Source: Seison nebaliae (lineage: Eukaryota). From it: 64,000 nucleotides of DNA. Shown here in pieces: positions 10,408 to 24,266 of the stretch. The notes beneath the pieces are model-generated. The model saw nothing but the letters and a program-made list of their open reading frames with translations, had not been told where the DNA came from and did not search any database. The stretch lies in contig JALJEE010000060.1 in NCBI GenBank assembly GCA_023231475.1, positions 1 to 64,000 of the forward strand, read 5' to 3'. The position numbers and the translations under genes are program-made. Each line of letters starts with the position of its first letter. The first letter of the stretch is position 1.

Positions 10408-13400
10408 TTAATTGAATCCTTCGAAACTACTGTCTCTCCTCTTCATATTTCGTTCCTTCATCTTAGGAATTGGTTTGCCAAGTTCCGTGCAAATGGAAAT
10501 GACTTTATCTTTAGGAATCGCTTTATCAATTGGCATATTTGGATATTTTGCAGTGAATTCCTCGATATATTTATATGCCTAAAAAAAGAAGGAGAATATT
10601 TAAATGTTTTTATGAGAAGGAAGTGGAAAAAACTGTATTATTATCTTTTTTGTCCGCATAATGTTGAATGATGACACCATAAATGTGAGCTGGACGAACG
10701 ACAGAAAGAACATTCTGATCTTTCAATAAATCTTTCATTTCATCGATTGCCAAATTTGAATTATCTGGATATAATCTCAAATAATTGACATAGGATTAAA
10801 TAGATGAAAAAAATTTATGAACTTCATCGGTTTGAGGAATTTTGCTATTTTCGTCATTATTTGTCTAGTTTGTTCGATCATTGATCGAGATTTTGCTGGA
10901 TCTTTAATCTTCTCCATCGTCTTCAATCCTTCGTTCATCGCAGCAATCGCTTTCTCATAATTATGATATTCGTCAATTTCTGACTAAAAAAATGAGAAAA
11001 ATAATAAATTTTTTTTATAAATAAATTAAAATTTTTTTATATTGAACTTCACCACAAGACAAATAGAAATTCGCCAATGATTCGTATGCTTCACCTTTCA
11101 AATAAAATCGAATGATATCATTCATTAATGATTGTTCGTCTCTCCATTTGGTGGATTGTAAATAATTAGCAGCAAGAATATACGTCTCCTTCTGACGAAT
11201 AACATTAGCGAACATAATAATTTTTTTCGTATCACCCGATTTCAATAATGCTTTCATCGCACTCAACTTATTTCCACTTTGTGTGTATTTTTGTGTGGCA
11301 ACGTGATATCTTCCTTGTTCGAAAGCGGCGTCACCTAATTTCTCTAAAATTACTAATCGTTTCTTCGCTTCTGGTGTATTCGGTTCGGCATCGAGTGGCG
11401 TCAACTTTTCAATTAATTCATCATTCACTGGAATATGATGTTCATGAATAAGATTTGTTGCCAATTCATATTCTTTAATAATTGTCAATAAATTGACTGC
11501 CTTGTCAAATTGATCATTTTTCATGAAAAATTTCGCACAAGTTATCACGATATCTGGATCAGAATTCTCATCCAAACTCTCCACAATCGAATTTAGTGCT
11601 TCATATTTCTTCGCTTTTAAAGCGAGTTCGATTGCCTTGTCCACTTGTCCAGCCTTCAATCCAATTTAAAATTACTTTCAGTTCCTTTATTAAATAGTTA
11701 ACTTTATGATAAAGAATAATTGCTTTATCTTCATATCCTGGCTCTTTCTCAAAAAAGTAAGCCGTATTCAACATATCCGCTTCCGAACTTTGTAGTGCTA
11801 TGCTCATGAGATAATCGGTCATATTATTATCCTAATAGAAATAATAATAGATTATTTTAATCAACTGAAAAATTATCAAATTTCCAACTCGACATAATCG
11901 AAGTGCAGTGGTAGTAGCACCAGCTTGTCGATACATATTGATTGCTTCCTTCACTTTCGATTTCTTTATATAATATTTCCCTAATATTAAACAAGCTTTT
12001 GGATCGCGATCAGCCAAGTTCTTTGCCTCTGCCTCTTTTCCATTATTCAAAAGAATCCGAACGACATTTTCGAAATCTTCACCTTTATTATAATAGTCCA
12101 ATGCTTCCGTTTCGTCATGATATTCATTCTCATAATATTTTCCCAACCATCGATATATGTAACTAATATGAAAATTAATTAAAAATTATAATAATAATTA
12201 AAGATTAAAAAGATAGTGATGATGATGAACTGTGCATTTGTATTTTTTGCATATTCGGTTAATTTTAAAATTTCATCTTTAGTCAAATAGAAATTGGGCA
12301 ATTCTCTCTCTGTCACTTCAGCTGCTTCAAATCTACAAAATTTTATAATTTTCAATCATTTTATAAGAATGGAAACTGTTTCAACATTAATTGGAATTCA
12401 TTCGATTCTTCATCAATTTTATTAATTGATTTTTGAATATACTTCCCGTAATTGTAATGAGTCGTTTTCAAATGAATTCTGTCTGATTTTTCAGCCACAT
12501 CAATCGCTTCAGTAAATCGACCACTATTCTGATAGAAAGCATTCAATGCCGATGCGCAATCTTTCCCTTGTAATAATTCTTTTGCTTCCTCCTAAAAATG
12601 AAAGTTTTAATAAATCGAATTTAAAGAACGGGAAACTTTCATTCCTAATTCGATGGCTAATGTTCCGATTTTCACGTCAGTAGTATCACCTTTCCCAAGA
12701 GCATTAATAGCAGCTGCTGCTCGAGCATGTTTCATGTATCCCAAACATTCTCTAGCAACATCGATCCGCTTCGTTTTAACACACATCTTTGCCATATTCT
12801 CCCAAATAGCTTCCCTATAATATGGAATGGAAATGATTATGTGAAAATGGTTATAAACTTTCTTATTGATTTGATCGATTTATATGCTTCGTCCATATTA
12901 CCTTGTGTGAGATAATAATTGAATTGTATCAATGCAGACATCATCGATTCATCAATTTTAGACACGCCAACAAAATTCTTCATCAATTTCGCGGCGATAT
13001 GTGGAGAGAAATAAACGATACTTCGATTCTGTTGCACTTCCTCCACATCATACGGCTGATCTTTGTCTCCATAAATCAATCGATTATTGATGATATTGAT
13101 TTTGCTCATTTTTGGCCGATAAACTTTCTTCACATTCTCAACTAAAACGAAAAAATTTCAAATAAAAATTTAAAAAATTTTTTGTACCTTTATTCTGATA
13201 ATTATCTTCAGTTCTGTCACTGTTATCTTCATATCCACTAATGAAATAATGATAAGGAATATCACAAGCATAAAATGCGACGAATTGTTCCGGTTTTCCA
13301 TAGAAGTCATTAATTAATAAACTTTTATCATCAGCCAGAAATAATGTGACAATGATGGAAGGACTCTATGAGATATTTTAAATTGTTTCATTAATATTTC

Positions 13401-15998
13401 AACAACATTAAATAGAATTCTAACTAGTTGTTTCTTCGGTCCATATTGCATTCTTGTGGCTAAATCTTGTCCCTCAAGACCACCAAGATTCGCTTGGACC
13501 ACTGCTTCACACATGAGCACATAATTATAAGTTCTGTCCCAAACATGTGTCAACGGATATCTTCCGGCGACTTCTCGACTAAATTCATTTTTACTCCTAA
13601 AAAAATTTATGATATGTAAAATTTAATAAATTTCGAAAACTAAAAATTTTTTTAAAATTCAGAAATTAAAAAAACAAAAATTTCAGAAATTAATTCAGTT
13701 TAGGAAAGAAAAGTTGAAAAAAATTAAAAAAGAATATCATAAAAGTTTTAAAAATTTGAATGAAAAATTACCGATATTGATCTGATGTGACATCTTCATC
13801 GAAAAATCCAGAATCTTCACCAGCATCGATGTCATTTAATCCATATTCGAAATCGAAATATCGAACAATTGCATTCGCTACATCCCAAACATATAATCTT
13901 GATTCATCCATTGCGTCAGTCTGATATTATTAATTATAAGAACGATTAAATTCAAATTAACTTCAACGATAATTGAACCATTAAATGCCACTTTCGTGCC
14001 ATCGCTATTGACACTTAAACTTGTGATTTTAGACAAACCGGGACATGATATTTTGATATCGAGTTCATGACTACTTTGTTTAATAGTTCCTTTCTCAGAA
14101 CTATGATAGACTTTTATAATTCCATTAGATGTACCAATAACAGCATTCGAATTATTCACCGCTGTAATAATTGGATTACCTTCCATTTCATTAAATTTAA
14201 ACGTTTGTTTTACTGTTCCATTAAACATTCGAACGAAAACTTTCTCATTCTCCAACGTCAATAAAGAATTGTCAATAAGAATAACTTTATGTGAATCACA
14301 TGTAAATTCAGCTACAAAAACTTTATTTAATTTATTCTCAGGTGTCGACACATTACTATCGAACAATAATTGAAACGTTTTCACTTTATTCCCATTCCAG
14401 ACACAACAATACATATCTGAAATAGACACTCCACGTAACGTCATATCAAATCGTTCCTCTTTTTGAATTGATAATTTCGTATTAACAAAATGGATAACGT
14501 TTGGTGCAATTTGCAGTCCCGTCACATTATATCGCCAATCACAAATCATCGATTGTTCTGACAAGATAATTATTTCACTTCCGTGATTTGTGGCAAATGA
14601 GGAATGATCTCCACCATTCACCATACCGATAATTTCAACCGATAAATCTTTCATTTGTAATAAACTCCATTGCAATTCTCGATTTTCTTCATCCAATTTA
14701 GGCGGTAACATCTTCCAAGTGGCGAGAACGCCGTCATCACTTCCCGCCATCAAAATATTTTTATTGTCGTTAAACGTCAAACATTGGAAATGTTGTTTTG
14801 TTGGAGAATAGCCTTTCTGCTGATTAATATGAAGAACATAATTCTCATCTTTCTCCAAGTCTAACATTCTATGAAAAATAAATTTATTTTAAAAATTTTT
14901 CAAAAAAAATTTAAAAAAAAAACCTGACAACAGGTTCTCCTGATACGAAAGCAATTAACGATATTCCAGCTGATATCATGTTAAACTTCTCAGCTTTACC
15001 TCCCAATTTTGCTGTAGTTAGTTCTGTGAGTGTTGTATCAGTTGCCATGGCGAATATCGTCATAATGAGATTATTACTCACCACAATCAATTTCCTTGTC
15101 GATGCTGAATATAACATAATTCTTATATCATTACTCGTCTGTGTCAATTGAGCCCATCGTCCATTATCACTTACAGCATATATTGCACCTGAAAATTTTG
15201 AAATAATTAAAAAAAATTTATTAAATTTAATTTAATTTAAAAAAAAAATTTAGATAAAACTTTAAACCTTTATCAACAGCAAATACAATTTGTGCCAATT
15301 CTTTTGCTTTACTATTAAATTCCGCTTTCTCTCGTAACATCGCCGTTTTTGGCCGTCCACCTGCTGCCGTTTTTGGACGACGTGCTAAAAGAAAAAAATT
15401 TTGAATTATTAAGTGATAAAAAAAACAATTGCAACTAACAAGTTAGTGGTCGATTAGCTTGTCTAGCTGCCGGTTGAGTTGATTCATCATCGGTATCCAT
15501 CGTATACGCTACTTTGTATAAACAACTGACGATACTAGTTCCGGTTGGCAACGGAATTCGAATATTAAATTGTTTCTCGAATGACACACGATTTTCAATG
15601 ATCACTCCCCAAATCGATACATTGGCATCGGAATCGAGAACGAAAAGTGTCTTCCCATTTCCAGAGAAAATGATATAAACGATATCATTATCATGATTAG
15701 CTTCGATATGTTCAACTCGTTTAGATAAGGGACTCCATTGTGTTAATGTTCCCGTTTCCCAACCGACAACTAATAATTTCTTCGTCGGATGCCAATCACA
15801 AGTGAGAGGAGCATATGCATTTTTCATAAATGCTTCACGTAAATTCTCTCCTTCATCTGTAAATATTTGGACAGTTCCACGACTCTGTTCATTGAAGGAC
15901 AAGGCAGCTAAGAGAATGTAATCTTTGTGGTATTTCAAGTTCGTATAATTCACATTATCGATTGGAGATTGTACACGAAAATCGAAGAATAACGCCAT
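10408..15998 (-). CDS. IFT140: Intraflagellar transport protein 140 (WD40 + TPR), about 17 exons
   Basis: MALFFDFRVQ start, DWHP WD40 repeat, IRK|EAIWENMAKMCVKTKRIDVARECLGYMKHARAA, DRIHLKTTHYNY, LYHK|AGQ, KYTQSGNKLSAMKALLKSGDTKKI, YILAANYLQS, EIDEYHNYEKA. Confidence 0.95.
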
Positions 15999-16251
15999 AA
16001 TCAACTCATCAATTAAGAACGGATTTTACTAGCGATATGTCGTTGTTATAGTAACGAAAATATTAGGAGCATTTAAAATTTTTTTTTATTATTTTCCTCA
16101 TTCAATTCCTTATCAGTTTCAATTCAAATAAGAAGCTAACTAAAAAGAAGAATAATTTTCTCTTAAAAGTTTATTTAACAATTCTCATAAATTAAGCACA
16201 GAAATAAAAGAATAAAAAAAATGTCTTGACATTTAAATTGTTCATTCAATT

Positions 16252-18366
16252 TTATTCCATCATTTCGACTAGAAGTTTCAGATGTTTTTGATGGAAAAGT
16301 TTCTTGGAAGCGAATAAATTATATGTATCAAAATTCTGATAATCTTTCCCAATGAATGGAATATAATATATTCGTAGGAGCAATTTAATAAGTGCGAGAA
16401 ATTTATTATCATTCTCTTCATTCTCATTCGGTTGTCGTCTCGCAATTTTCATTTGTATTAATGACGTGTAATTATGATTTGTGCAGAAATTTGGTTCGAT
16501 TTCATCCCAATCATCTCGACATGAATCGATGATGAAATGACATTTCTTCAAATGAATGAATCGATTCGATTCTTCTTTATTGAGATGATTGAAATCTGAA
16601 TGGAAATAAGATGTCGAATTTGAATAATTCGTATAATAGCGAGGTAGTTGCCCATGAAAATGGGATGGTAGCCACCTGATATTCCAATTGGGATTATTGA
16701 GAAAGAAAGATGAAGGGAAACGATGCCATTCCTTCCCCATACAGAAATTAACGGATGATTGATGAAGGAGAGAATTCAATTTATCATTTCGTTGAGTGAT
16801 TGACAATTTGTTGAGACGATTAAATAGATCGATAGTAGAGAAATAATTTTCATAAATTTGAATAAATCTCGAGAGTGAAATGAGTATAAAGACGAACATC
16901 AGAACGATTGTTGATAAAGTTCTCTTGTAACAGATATGATGAGTTGATGTATTTGATTTGAAATGATAAAACGGATTAGGCAATAATAACCAAATTGATT
17001 GAATAGATAAAGTAGCTGATAATAATATGAATGGTAAAATGGGAGTGAGAAATCTTTCTTCTTTATGTTCTTGAATTGACAATACAATGAACCATAACCA
17101 AGCACCAGATACTGGTAGAACATGATATTTAAACCAATTAATTAAATTACCGTTCAACGATGATGACGATGATGAAGTGACGTGACGTAAAGTATTGAAA
17201 AAAATAGAAAGGAATGATAACGGCAAATGAAGACAACATAGTACTAGTGCGATATTATTATTGAGAAATAGATTCTTCACATAAAAACTAAACGGTTCTG
17301 TACCATATAATGATGGTCCAGAAATTTCCGTTTTATCATTGAAAACATTATACAAGAGAATGTTCAATGAAGGAATAGTGATTCGTTCATAATAATAATA
17401 ATCGATAATGGTCATTATCGAAATTAGAATTAGGAAAATTACGAATGATCTCAAAAGGAAATAAAGAAGTTTTTGAAGGAAAAAAAATTTCGTCCAATTT
17501 TTCACCATTCTCGGAATGAGTTCATCATTATCTTTATTCAAAAATAAAATTTCAAAAACTATCGGTAATGATAATACAACGATAAATGGCCATCCACTAA
17601 ATAACGTTGCTATAGCAACGAATATGATTGATAAAGTGTATTCTTTCAAATAACATGTCGCATACGCTATCAACATTATATGAGTGACGAATGTTGATGG
17701 TAGGAATGAAACGGATTGACTGAACGTTCCCACATTGAATAATTGGAAAACCATCCAAACGACATGTGGATAATATTCGATTGGTAATGACCATTGTTTA
17801 TTGAAGTTCTGATCCAACACCAAACGGACATATAACGATCGATAGAATAAAATTTCTGCAACCGTTGCTAATAAAGCAAGGAATGAACGATGAAGATAAA
17901 ATATCACTAAATGATTATTAGTGAGATAAGAAATGAATTGAATTGGTAAGGAGAGAATTCGAATAAAAGAATATGATCGAAGTGAATATTGTCCCGAATA
18001 TTCCCATGTCTGCATCCCCTTCCCATACACCACATAATGCATCGGTTCCCAAAAATTAAATGTCTCATCACAATCATTCATGATCGTCCATAAAGCGGAC
18101 GCAATTCGTATTGATAAAGAAATTTTAAAGAAACTCCCAATATTCGGTACGAGTGAAGAGAAATTCCACGAATTTTTCGAATTGAAAATAAATGAAAAAA
18201 TCGTATTTCTTTCCAAAATCTTCTTTCCATTTTTCATCATTGATCCAGATGATGATCCCGATGATGATGATGATGATGACGACGACGACGACGGAATATT
18301 CGTCCCATTTCCCGAATCAATCTTCCGATGAGACAGACGATGTTTCAAAGCGAAACGATTAGCCAT
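16252..18366 (-). CDS. ALG9: Alpha-1,2-mannosyltransferase (GT22), intronless
   Basis: DCDETFNFWEPMHY, GMQTWEYS..YSLRSY, SFLPS, GWPF, GPSLYGTEP, HKEERF, GKEWHRFPSSFFL, with multiple hydrophobic segments. Confidence 0.95.
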   Translation of the reverse strand: MANRFALKHRLSHRKIDSGNGTNIPSSSSSSSSSSSGSSSGSMMKNGKKILERNTIFSFIFNSKNSWNFSSLVPNIGSFFKISLSIRIASALWTIMNDCDETFNFWEPMHYVVYGKGMQTWEYSGQYSLRSYSFIRILSLPIQFISYLTNNHLVIFYLHRSFLALLATVAEILFYRSLYVRLVLDQNFNKQWSLPIEYYPHVVWMVFQLFNVGTFSQSVSFLPSTFVTHIMLIAYATCYLKEYTLSIIFVAIATLFSGWPFIVVLSLPIVFEILFLNKDNDELIPRMVKNWTKFFFLQKLLYFLLRSFVIFLILISIMTIIDYYYYERITIPSLNILLYNVFNDKTEISGPSLYGTEPFSFYVKNLFLNNNIALVLCCLHLPLSFLSIFFNTLRHVTSSSSSSLNGNLINWFKYHVLPVSGAWLWFIVLSIQEHKEERFLTPILPFILLSATLSIQSIWLLLPNPFYHFKSNTSTHHICYKRTLSTIVLMFVFILISLSRFIQIYENYFSTIDLFNRLNKLSITQRNDKLNSLLHQSSVNFCMGKEWHRFPSSFFLNNPNWNIRWLPSHFHGQLPRYYTNYSNSTSYFHSDFNHLNKEESNRFIHLKKCHFIIDSCRDDWDEIEPNFCTNHNYTSLIQMKIARRQPNENEENDNKFLALIKLLLRIYYIPFIGKDYQNFDTYNLFASKKLFHQKHLKLLVEMME

Positions 18367-18835
18367 TTCTTATAAAACGATTTTTGAAAATTTTTCTATT
18401 ATATTTATAACGAATCCCTCACAATTCTCCTTCAATACTCTTTTTTGTGTGAAAGACTGATAATTTGAATAAGAATTTATCCTTAAAATTGTCGTCATTC
18501 CAAGAAATTTATTATTCTTCTTTTGTCACGTTCGAATAAATTTTTATCTGATTAAATCTCCTCACAAATTCCTCTTGATAAGTAAATCCTTTTTAATTTA
18601 TTTCAACAACTCAAAAAATTTTCGTCAGAAATTTTCAAAAATTTCTCTCTCAATTTTCTTCTTTGTGTCGTGTCACTTCTTATTTTCCTCTCTCTCTCTC
18701 TCTTTCTCTCTTTCTAATAAATTTCATGTAATATCATGTATAAAATGGGTAATTGTTTTATGTGGAAAGAAAAGTGAAATTAATAAATTTTTATTTTGAG
18801 AAAATTTTCATTAAAAATTTAGCACGGACCGAAAA

Positions 18836-19678
18836 ATGGAAGAATATTTCATATTTATTGGAGCTGGTAATATAGCGGCGTCGATAGCAAAGCAGTTGGT
18901 AGATGAGACGAGTGGAATAAAGAAAACAAATGTGATGTTTTATAATCATCGACCGAAAATTATCGATTCATCATTCGATGAATGTCCATTCAGAACGGAC
19001 ATTTCTCTCAACGATTATTTCCATGAAACGAATAAATTGAAAGGATTACGATATATTTTCTTGACAGTCAAACCGAATGTATTGATGGAAACTTGTCGTC
19101 AGAAATTGAAATTACTCGAAGGAAATTTCATTTTAATTTCCGTTGCGGCAGGAATTGAAATCAATGAAATCAGACGATATGCGGGAAAATCAATAATATA
19201 TCGAATTATGATCAATACGCCAGTGGCTGTCAATTGTGGAAGTTGTACAATTGCAGGCGAAGCCGAACAATCAAAAGAACATGACGAACGTGTAATCAAT
19301 TTAATGAATAAAATTGCGAGTTGCGACAAGGAAATTATCAGAAACGAAAATAAATTGAATGATATTGCCGCTGTTAGCGGAAGTACTCCAGCATTCTATT
19401 ATCTCGTTTGTGAATCGATAGCAAACGCAGGAATTCTTCTCGGTCTCCCAAAACATTTGGCTCTACGACATGCAGCCGAAAGTATGAAAGGAGCGGCAGA
19501 AATGATTCTACAAACGGGAAAACATCCAGCAATTTTAAGAGAAGAAGTCTGCAGTCCTGGCGGTGCGACGATTGCAGGAATTGAAGTTCTCGAAATGAAC
19601 AGTGTTCGATCTTCGATGATGCAAGCATCGAAAGCCGTTTCGAAGAAATGCGAAGAATTGGGAAATATTAAAAAATGA
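18836..19678 (+). CDS. PYCR: Pyrroline-5-carboxylate reductase, intronless; head-to-head with ALG9
   Basis: FIGAGNIA Rossmann motif, TVKP, ISVAAGI, RIMINTP, AVSGSTPAF, GKHPAILREEVCSPGGATIAG. Confidence 0.95.
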   Translation: MEEYFIFIGAGNIAASIAKQLVDETSGIKKTNVMFYNHRPKIIDSSFDECPFRTDISLNDYFHETNKLKGLRYIFLTVKPNVLMETCRQKLKLLEGNFILISVAAGIEINEIRRYAGKSIIYRIMINTPVAVNCGSCTIAGEAEQSKEHDERVINLMNKIASCDKEIIRNENKLNDIAAVSGSTPAFYYLVCESIANAGILLGLPKHLALRHAAESMKGAAEMILQTGKHPAILREEVCSPGGATIAGIEVLEMNSVRSSMMQASKAVSKKCEELGNIKK

Positions 19679-22204
19679 AAATGAGTTCGAGCTTAAAATT
19701 TTGAAAATAAATAAATTTAAATAATTGGAAAATTAAAAGACGATGAAGTTGAAGAGGTTGAAATGAAGAAAGATAAATTTTGATATTTCATTTCCGCTTG
19801 AGATGGCGGAGAGTCTTTGCTAATCATATATCTGATGACGAAACAATGGGAGGGGGAGACAAAAGACGTTGTAGATGGCAAAAGTATCACATTTCATGTG
19901 TGTTAATGTAAGAGGAAAAATGGGAGAAATATCTGCCTGATTTGACATGCGATCTAGGAAGTACTAAATACTAATGTTTATGTATATACACATCCGATAA
20001 GTGGAATGGAGATGTGGATAGTTTTATTTAAAAATCTAATAGAGAATCACATAAACAAATGGGATGAACTTGAGTGAGGGCAATGTGCAGTTTATTTTAG
20101 TTAATTTCTTCTTATAAACCGATTGGAATAAATAGTGTCTTTACAACATTGAATTGATTGAGGGATTGGATATGAAAGAAAAGGAAAAACTTATTTATGA
20201 TATTCTGATGATGATGTGTGTGTAGAGAGATCAGGACGAATCGTTGTGGGAAAATGAATTAAAATTGTCTACATAAACATTTTGATAAAATAATAAATTG
20301 GTGAAGTTGAATAAATGAAAGAAAATAGAGCAAAGATTTCTCATTTGCATTGATGCATTAAGAATGTAATGCGAGAGGAACAGAAATGTTTTTCGTGGAT
20401 CCTACCTAGTCGGAGTGGAGGAGGAGGAGGGGGTTGATAAGGATAGAAAGTGAACAAGAGAAAGTAGAGAGATGATGAGATATTAACGAAATAAGTCCTA
20501 TGAAATCGACGTGCATGTATATGACTATATCAATAAATGTATATACGTATATTGGTCGATTGATAGAGAGAAATCGATGAAGAAAGGAGAAATGAATGCT
20601 GAAGATATGGTGAGAAAAAAAAGACAATGATATCGAAAAATGAAATGAATTAGAACTATATTAAAATCATTTCGTTTTAAATAATATTAATGAGAAATAA
20701 CATTTTCATCTTCTTTCCTTTTGTCATCAACAAAAGAAGAACTGGAGAAAACATAATAAGCGACTCCATTCGACGACTGTTCCAATGTGTTCGTCGTACG
20801 AGATTGGAAGAAACTTAAAAAAAACTTAAAACTTCCACAAGTAGTTTCTTTATTTGAGTTATCACAGGCTCATTCAACTATTGAGCTAAGTCTTTTGTTG
20901 AGAGGAGTATTGAACATTATTCAATTGAGCATAGATCTGACAGATATTACAGGATGGAAGATGTATTCTATGATGAGAATGATCGTTTCAACTGAAACAA
21001 GATTCGTGTAAATAAATTATGGAAGGAAAGAAAAATAATGGGATTTGTATGTAGTCGATTTTGTATGAGACGATTGTTGGATGGTTGTTGAACATTCTAA
21101 AAGAGTAACTATATCATTTATACATTAGAAGAACATTCTCTTATGTATATAAATGAATTATGTACATGTAACATCATCATTATTGTCATGATCAATAATA
21201 TCTGGTTGGAGTGGAAAATATAAAGATAATTATTTCAATGTACTCACATACATGTATACGTAGCGATTAGTAGCGGTCCAATATATTTATGTGGTAAGTA
21301 GTGTAAGCAAAATGAATGTATGCGCAAGTATTGAAAGGAAGGGATGGTGTGCATATATGTATGAATGGTGTATGAACTATATGAACACGATAACAAATAT
21401 GAAATGCAAAGTATCGAATTATTCTCCTCTTATACACATTGGGGGAAGACAATGGGAATATGTTCGTCTTCCTTCTTCTAACCACAAACGACAATAGAGA
21501 AATGGTGTTATCGTCGTGGGATTGAGGAGGAGGACGAAGGGAGTCGAAGACGAGAAGTTTCTTGTATTTGGATAATGACGATTATTCGCTAAGTAAGTGT
21601 GAGTACGTGTGTGGAGGTAGGACAAGACATAACTGGATTTTGGAAGTTGTTCGAGAGAGTTTTTCACGAGATAATATCGAATTGAATTAATTAAAGGAAT
21701 AAATTGTTTTATAATTTTTCGTTATTCAATTTCCTTAATTTGTTGTGATCGGCGGTTGTTCCTTAATGTTCATTCATTTCTTCCACTTTATTATCAATTA
21801 TAAATGAAATTGACGGTTTGTAGAGTGAAGGAGCGGACAGACAAAAGAGATATTGTGCATGTATATCTACAATTCGTAGAGAAAGAGAGAGAGGGAGATA
21901 TTGACGGACGGAAAGAGTTAGAAATCGCACAGAACCTGTATCGGAAGACGAATGTTTTAAGAATAAATAGAAGAGAGTCGATAAATAATAGAAATAATAA
22001 TTGAATGAAAAAAAAAGAAAAAGATTTATTACAAACTGGAATAATTATTGACGAGAACAATATCAACAACAATAACAATAACATCGTCATTTAAATTAGA
22101 AGAATTTGAAAATTCTTCATAAACTTCAGCGAACACACACAAAGTGATCGTTGGACGAGAAGAATTTCCTTGTTTTAAAATAGTTATCTTCCCTCTAATT
22201 CAAA

Positions 22205-24229
22205 ATGATGTGCGATGTTATGCCGACGATTCCGGAGTCGAACATCGGCTCAGATGATGACGAAGACTCAACTGATAATCGTGACGAGAGTGATCTGGCG
22301 AATGAATCGAATTGTCATACTGATATGAATGGAAATCATTCGATTGAATCGATGTCGATGGTTTATGAGAATCAAAATGAGAATAATGATGATTCTCATA
22401 AATCGTCGAATAATAATAGTAATAATTCGTCGTCGACTTCGAGTAAATCAGGTGATCATGATGGGAAATCGAACGAGAATAGACGAGAACTTCTTCAACA
22501 TTTATCGAATATAATTTCTGAGAATCATCTGATGACGAATATCGATTCAAACGGTCAAGTACAGACGGCGGCGAATATCGAACAGATTATGATGAATATG
22601 TTGGAGGAGCGTGACAAATTGTTAGATCAATTGAGAGAACGTGAAGAACAAATTGTTGATTTGGAAGATCGTTTAAGAGATTCGGAGAAAGAACGAGATG
22701 AATCAGTGAAACAATTGGAAAGTTCGATTCCTCATGATGTTCTCGTATTATCTCGTGAATTGTCACAATTGCGACAATCGTTATGTGAACGAGACGATGA
22801 GATCGCTGAATTGAAAGCGGAAAGAAATAATACTCGTTTGTTGTTGGAACATCTAGAATGTTTAGTAGCGAGACATGAGCGTGCACTTCGTATGACACTC
22901 GTCAAACGTCAACAACAACAACAACAACAATTGAATAATATGAATGGGATGGGCGGTGCCAATGGAAGTAGTAGTTCGGGAGGTGTCAGTTCAGAAGTAG
23001 AAGTGTTGAAAGCATTAAAATCGTTATTCGAACATCATAAAGCATTAGATCAGAAAGTTCGAACGAAATTGAACATCTCTCAAGAGAAGTGTAAACAATT
23101 GGAAGAAGAAATTAGTACGGTACGACGTCAATTAGATGATGTGGAGATCGAACGTGACAACGCATTCCATCTCATTCAACTCAACAAACAACAACAACAA
23201 CAATTGACGAGTAATATCGAGAAGATGGAAGAGCAAAAGGACAAATCGGATAATGATCTTTCCATAGACGAACAACAACAACAACAACAACAGAAAGATA
23301 AGTTTATTATTGATCAAGAGAAGATGGCGAGCGAATTGACGAAAGAGAAGGATGATCTGATTAATAATGAAGTGAAACAATTGAATGAGACGAATATTCA
23401 TAACGTTCAGGAGATTAAGATGTTGAGGGGAAGATGTCAAGAATTGCAGACACATGTCAGTCGATTGGAAGAACAATTATCTGGTGCTTGTCGTGACATG
23501 CAACAATTGCAACAAGAAGCGTCTCGAGGTGCTCGGGCCGCCGTCGAATTGAGAGAAGGAGAGAAACGTTCCACTCAATTGGAACATCGATATTTGGAAG
23601 CGCAACGAGAAATCGCCAATCTTCATGAATTACAAGATCGATTAGAAAGTGAAATGGCAGCGAAGGAGATCGCTTGTCGTCAACACGACGAACGAGCTCG
23701 TCTACTACAAGAGAGAATCGATTCAGCCGAACAACGTCTCTCTCAGCAAGCAACGGAACGTGGAGAATTGGAATCGGAACGACTACATCGAAATGTCGTC
23801 CTCTCACAAGTCCACGATCATCAGACAACGTTAGAAGAGAAAGTTCGTCAAACAATGAGAGATTTGGAGGAGAATAAAGGCGAATTGAATCGGTCGAAAC
23901 AACGCGAACAGATGGCGGAAGAACATGCAGCTCGATTGTCTCAAACCGTCGATAAATTATTGACCGAATCGAACGAGAGATTGCAGGTACATCTACGTGA
24001 ACGTATGCAATCATTGGAAGCGAGAGATCAATTAATCGAAGAACGAGATCACGCTAGAAGTGAAGTCGAACAAATGCAACGAGAAAGTTTAGAATTGAAA
24101 GCAGAAAGTCGACGATTGAAATGTCAATTGGAGAATGCCAAAGCTGACAAACAATCCGCTCAAAAACGCATCGAAGAAGCACTCATCGAAATTAAGGAAC
24201 TTCATTCACAAATGCAACAACATGTCACC

Positions 24230-24266
<37 letters not shown>

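Noticed and set aside
10408..15998. Fragmented ORFs suggesting pseudogenes, frameshifting or stop-codon reassignment (also at 55-63 kb)
   Set aside because: Each break I examined is explained by a short GT..AG intron that restores frame and homology. TAA, TAG and TGA all serve as true stops.
19700..22200. Short ORFs upstream of liprin
   Set aside because: No motifs and no consistent splice chain; more likely promoter, 5' UTR or intron sequence.
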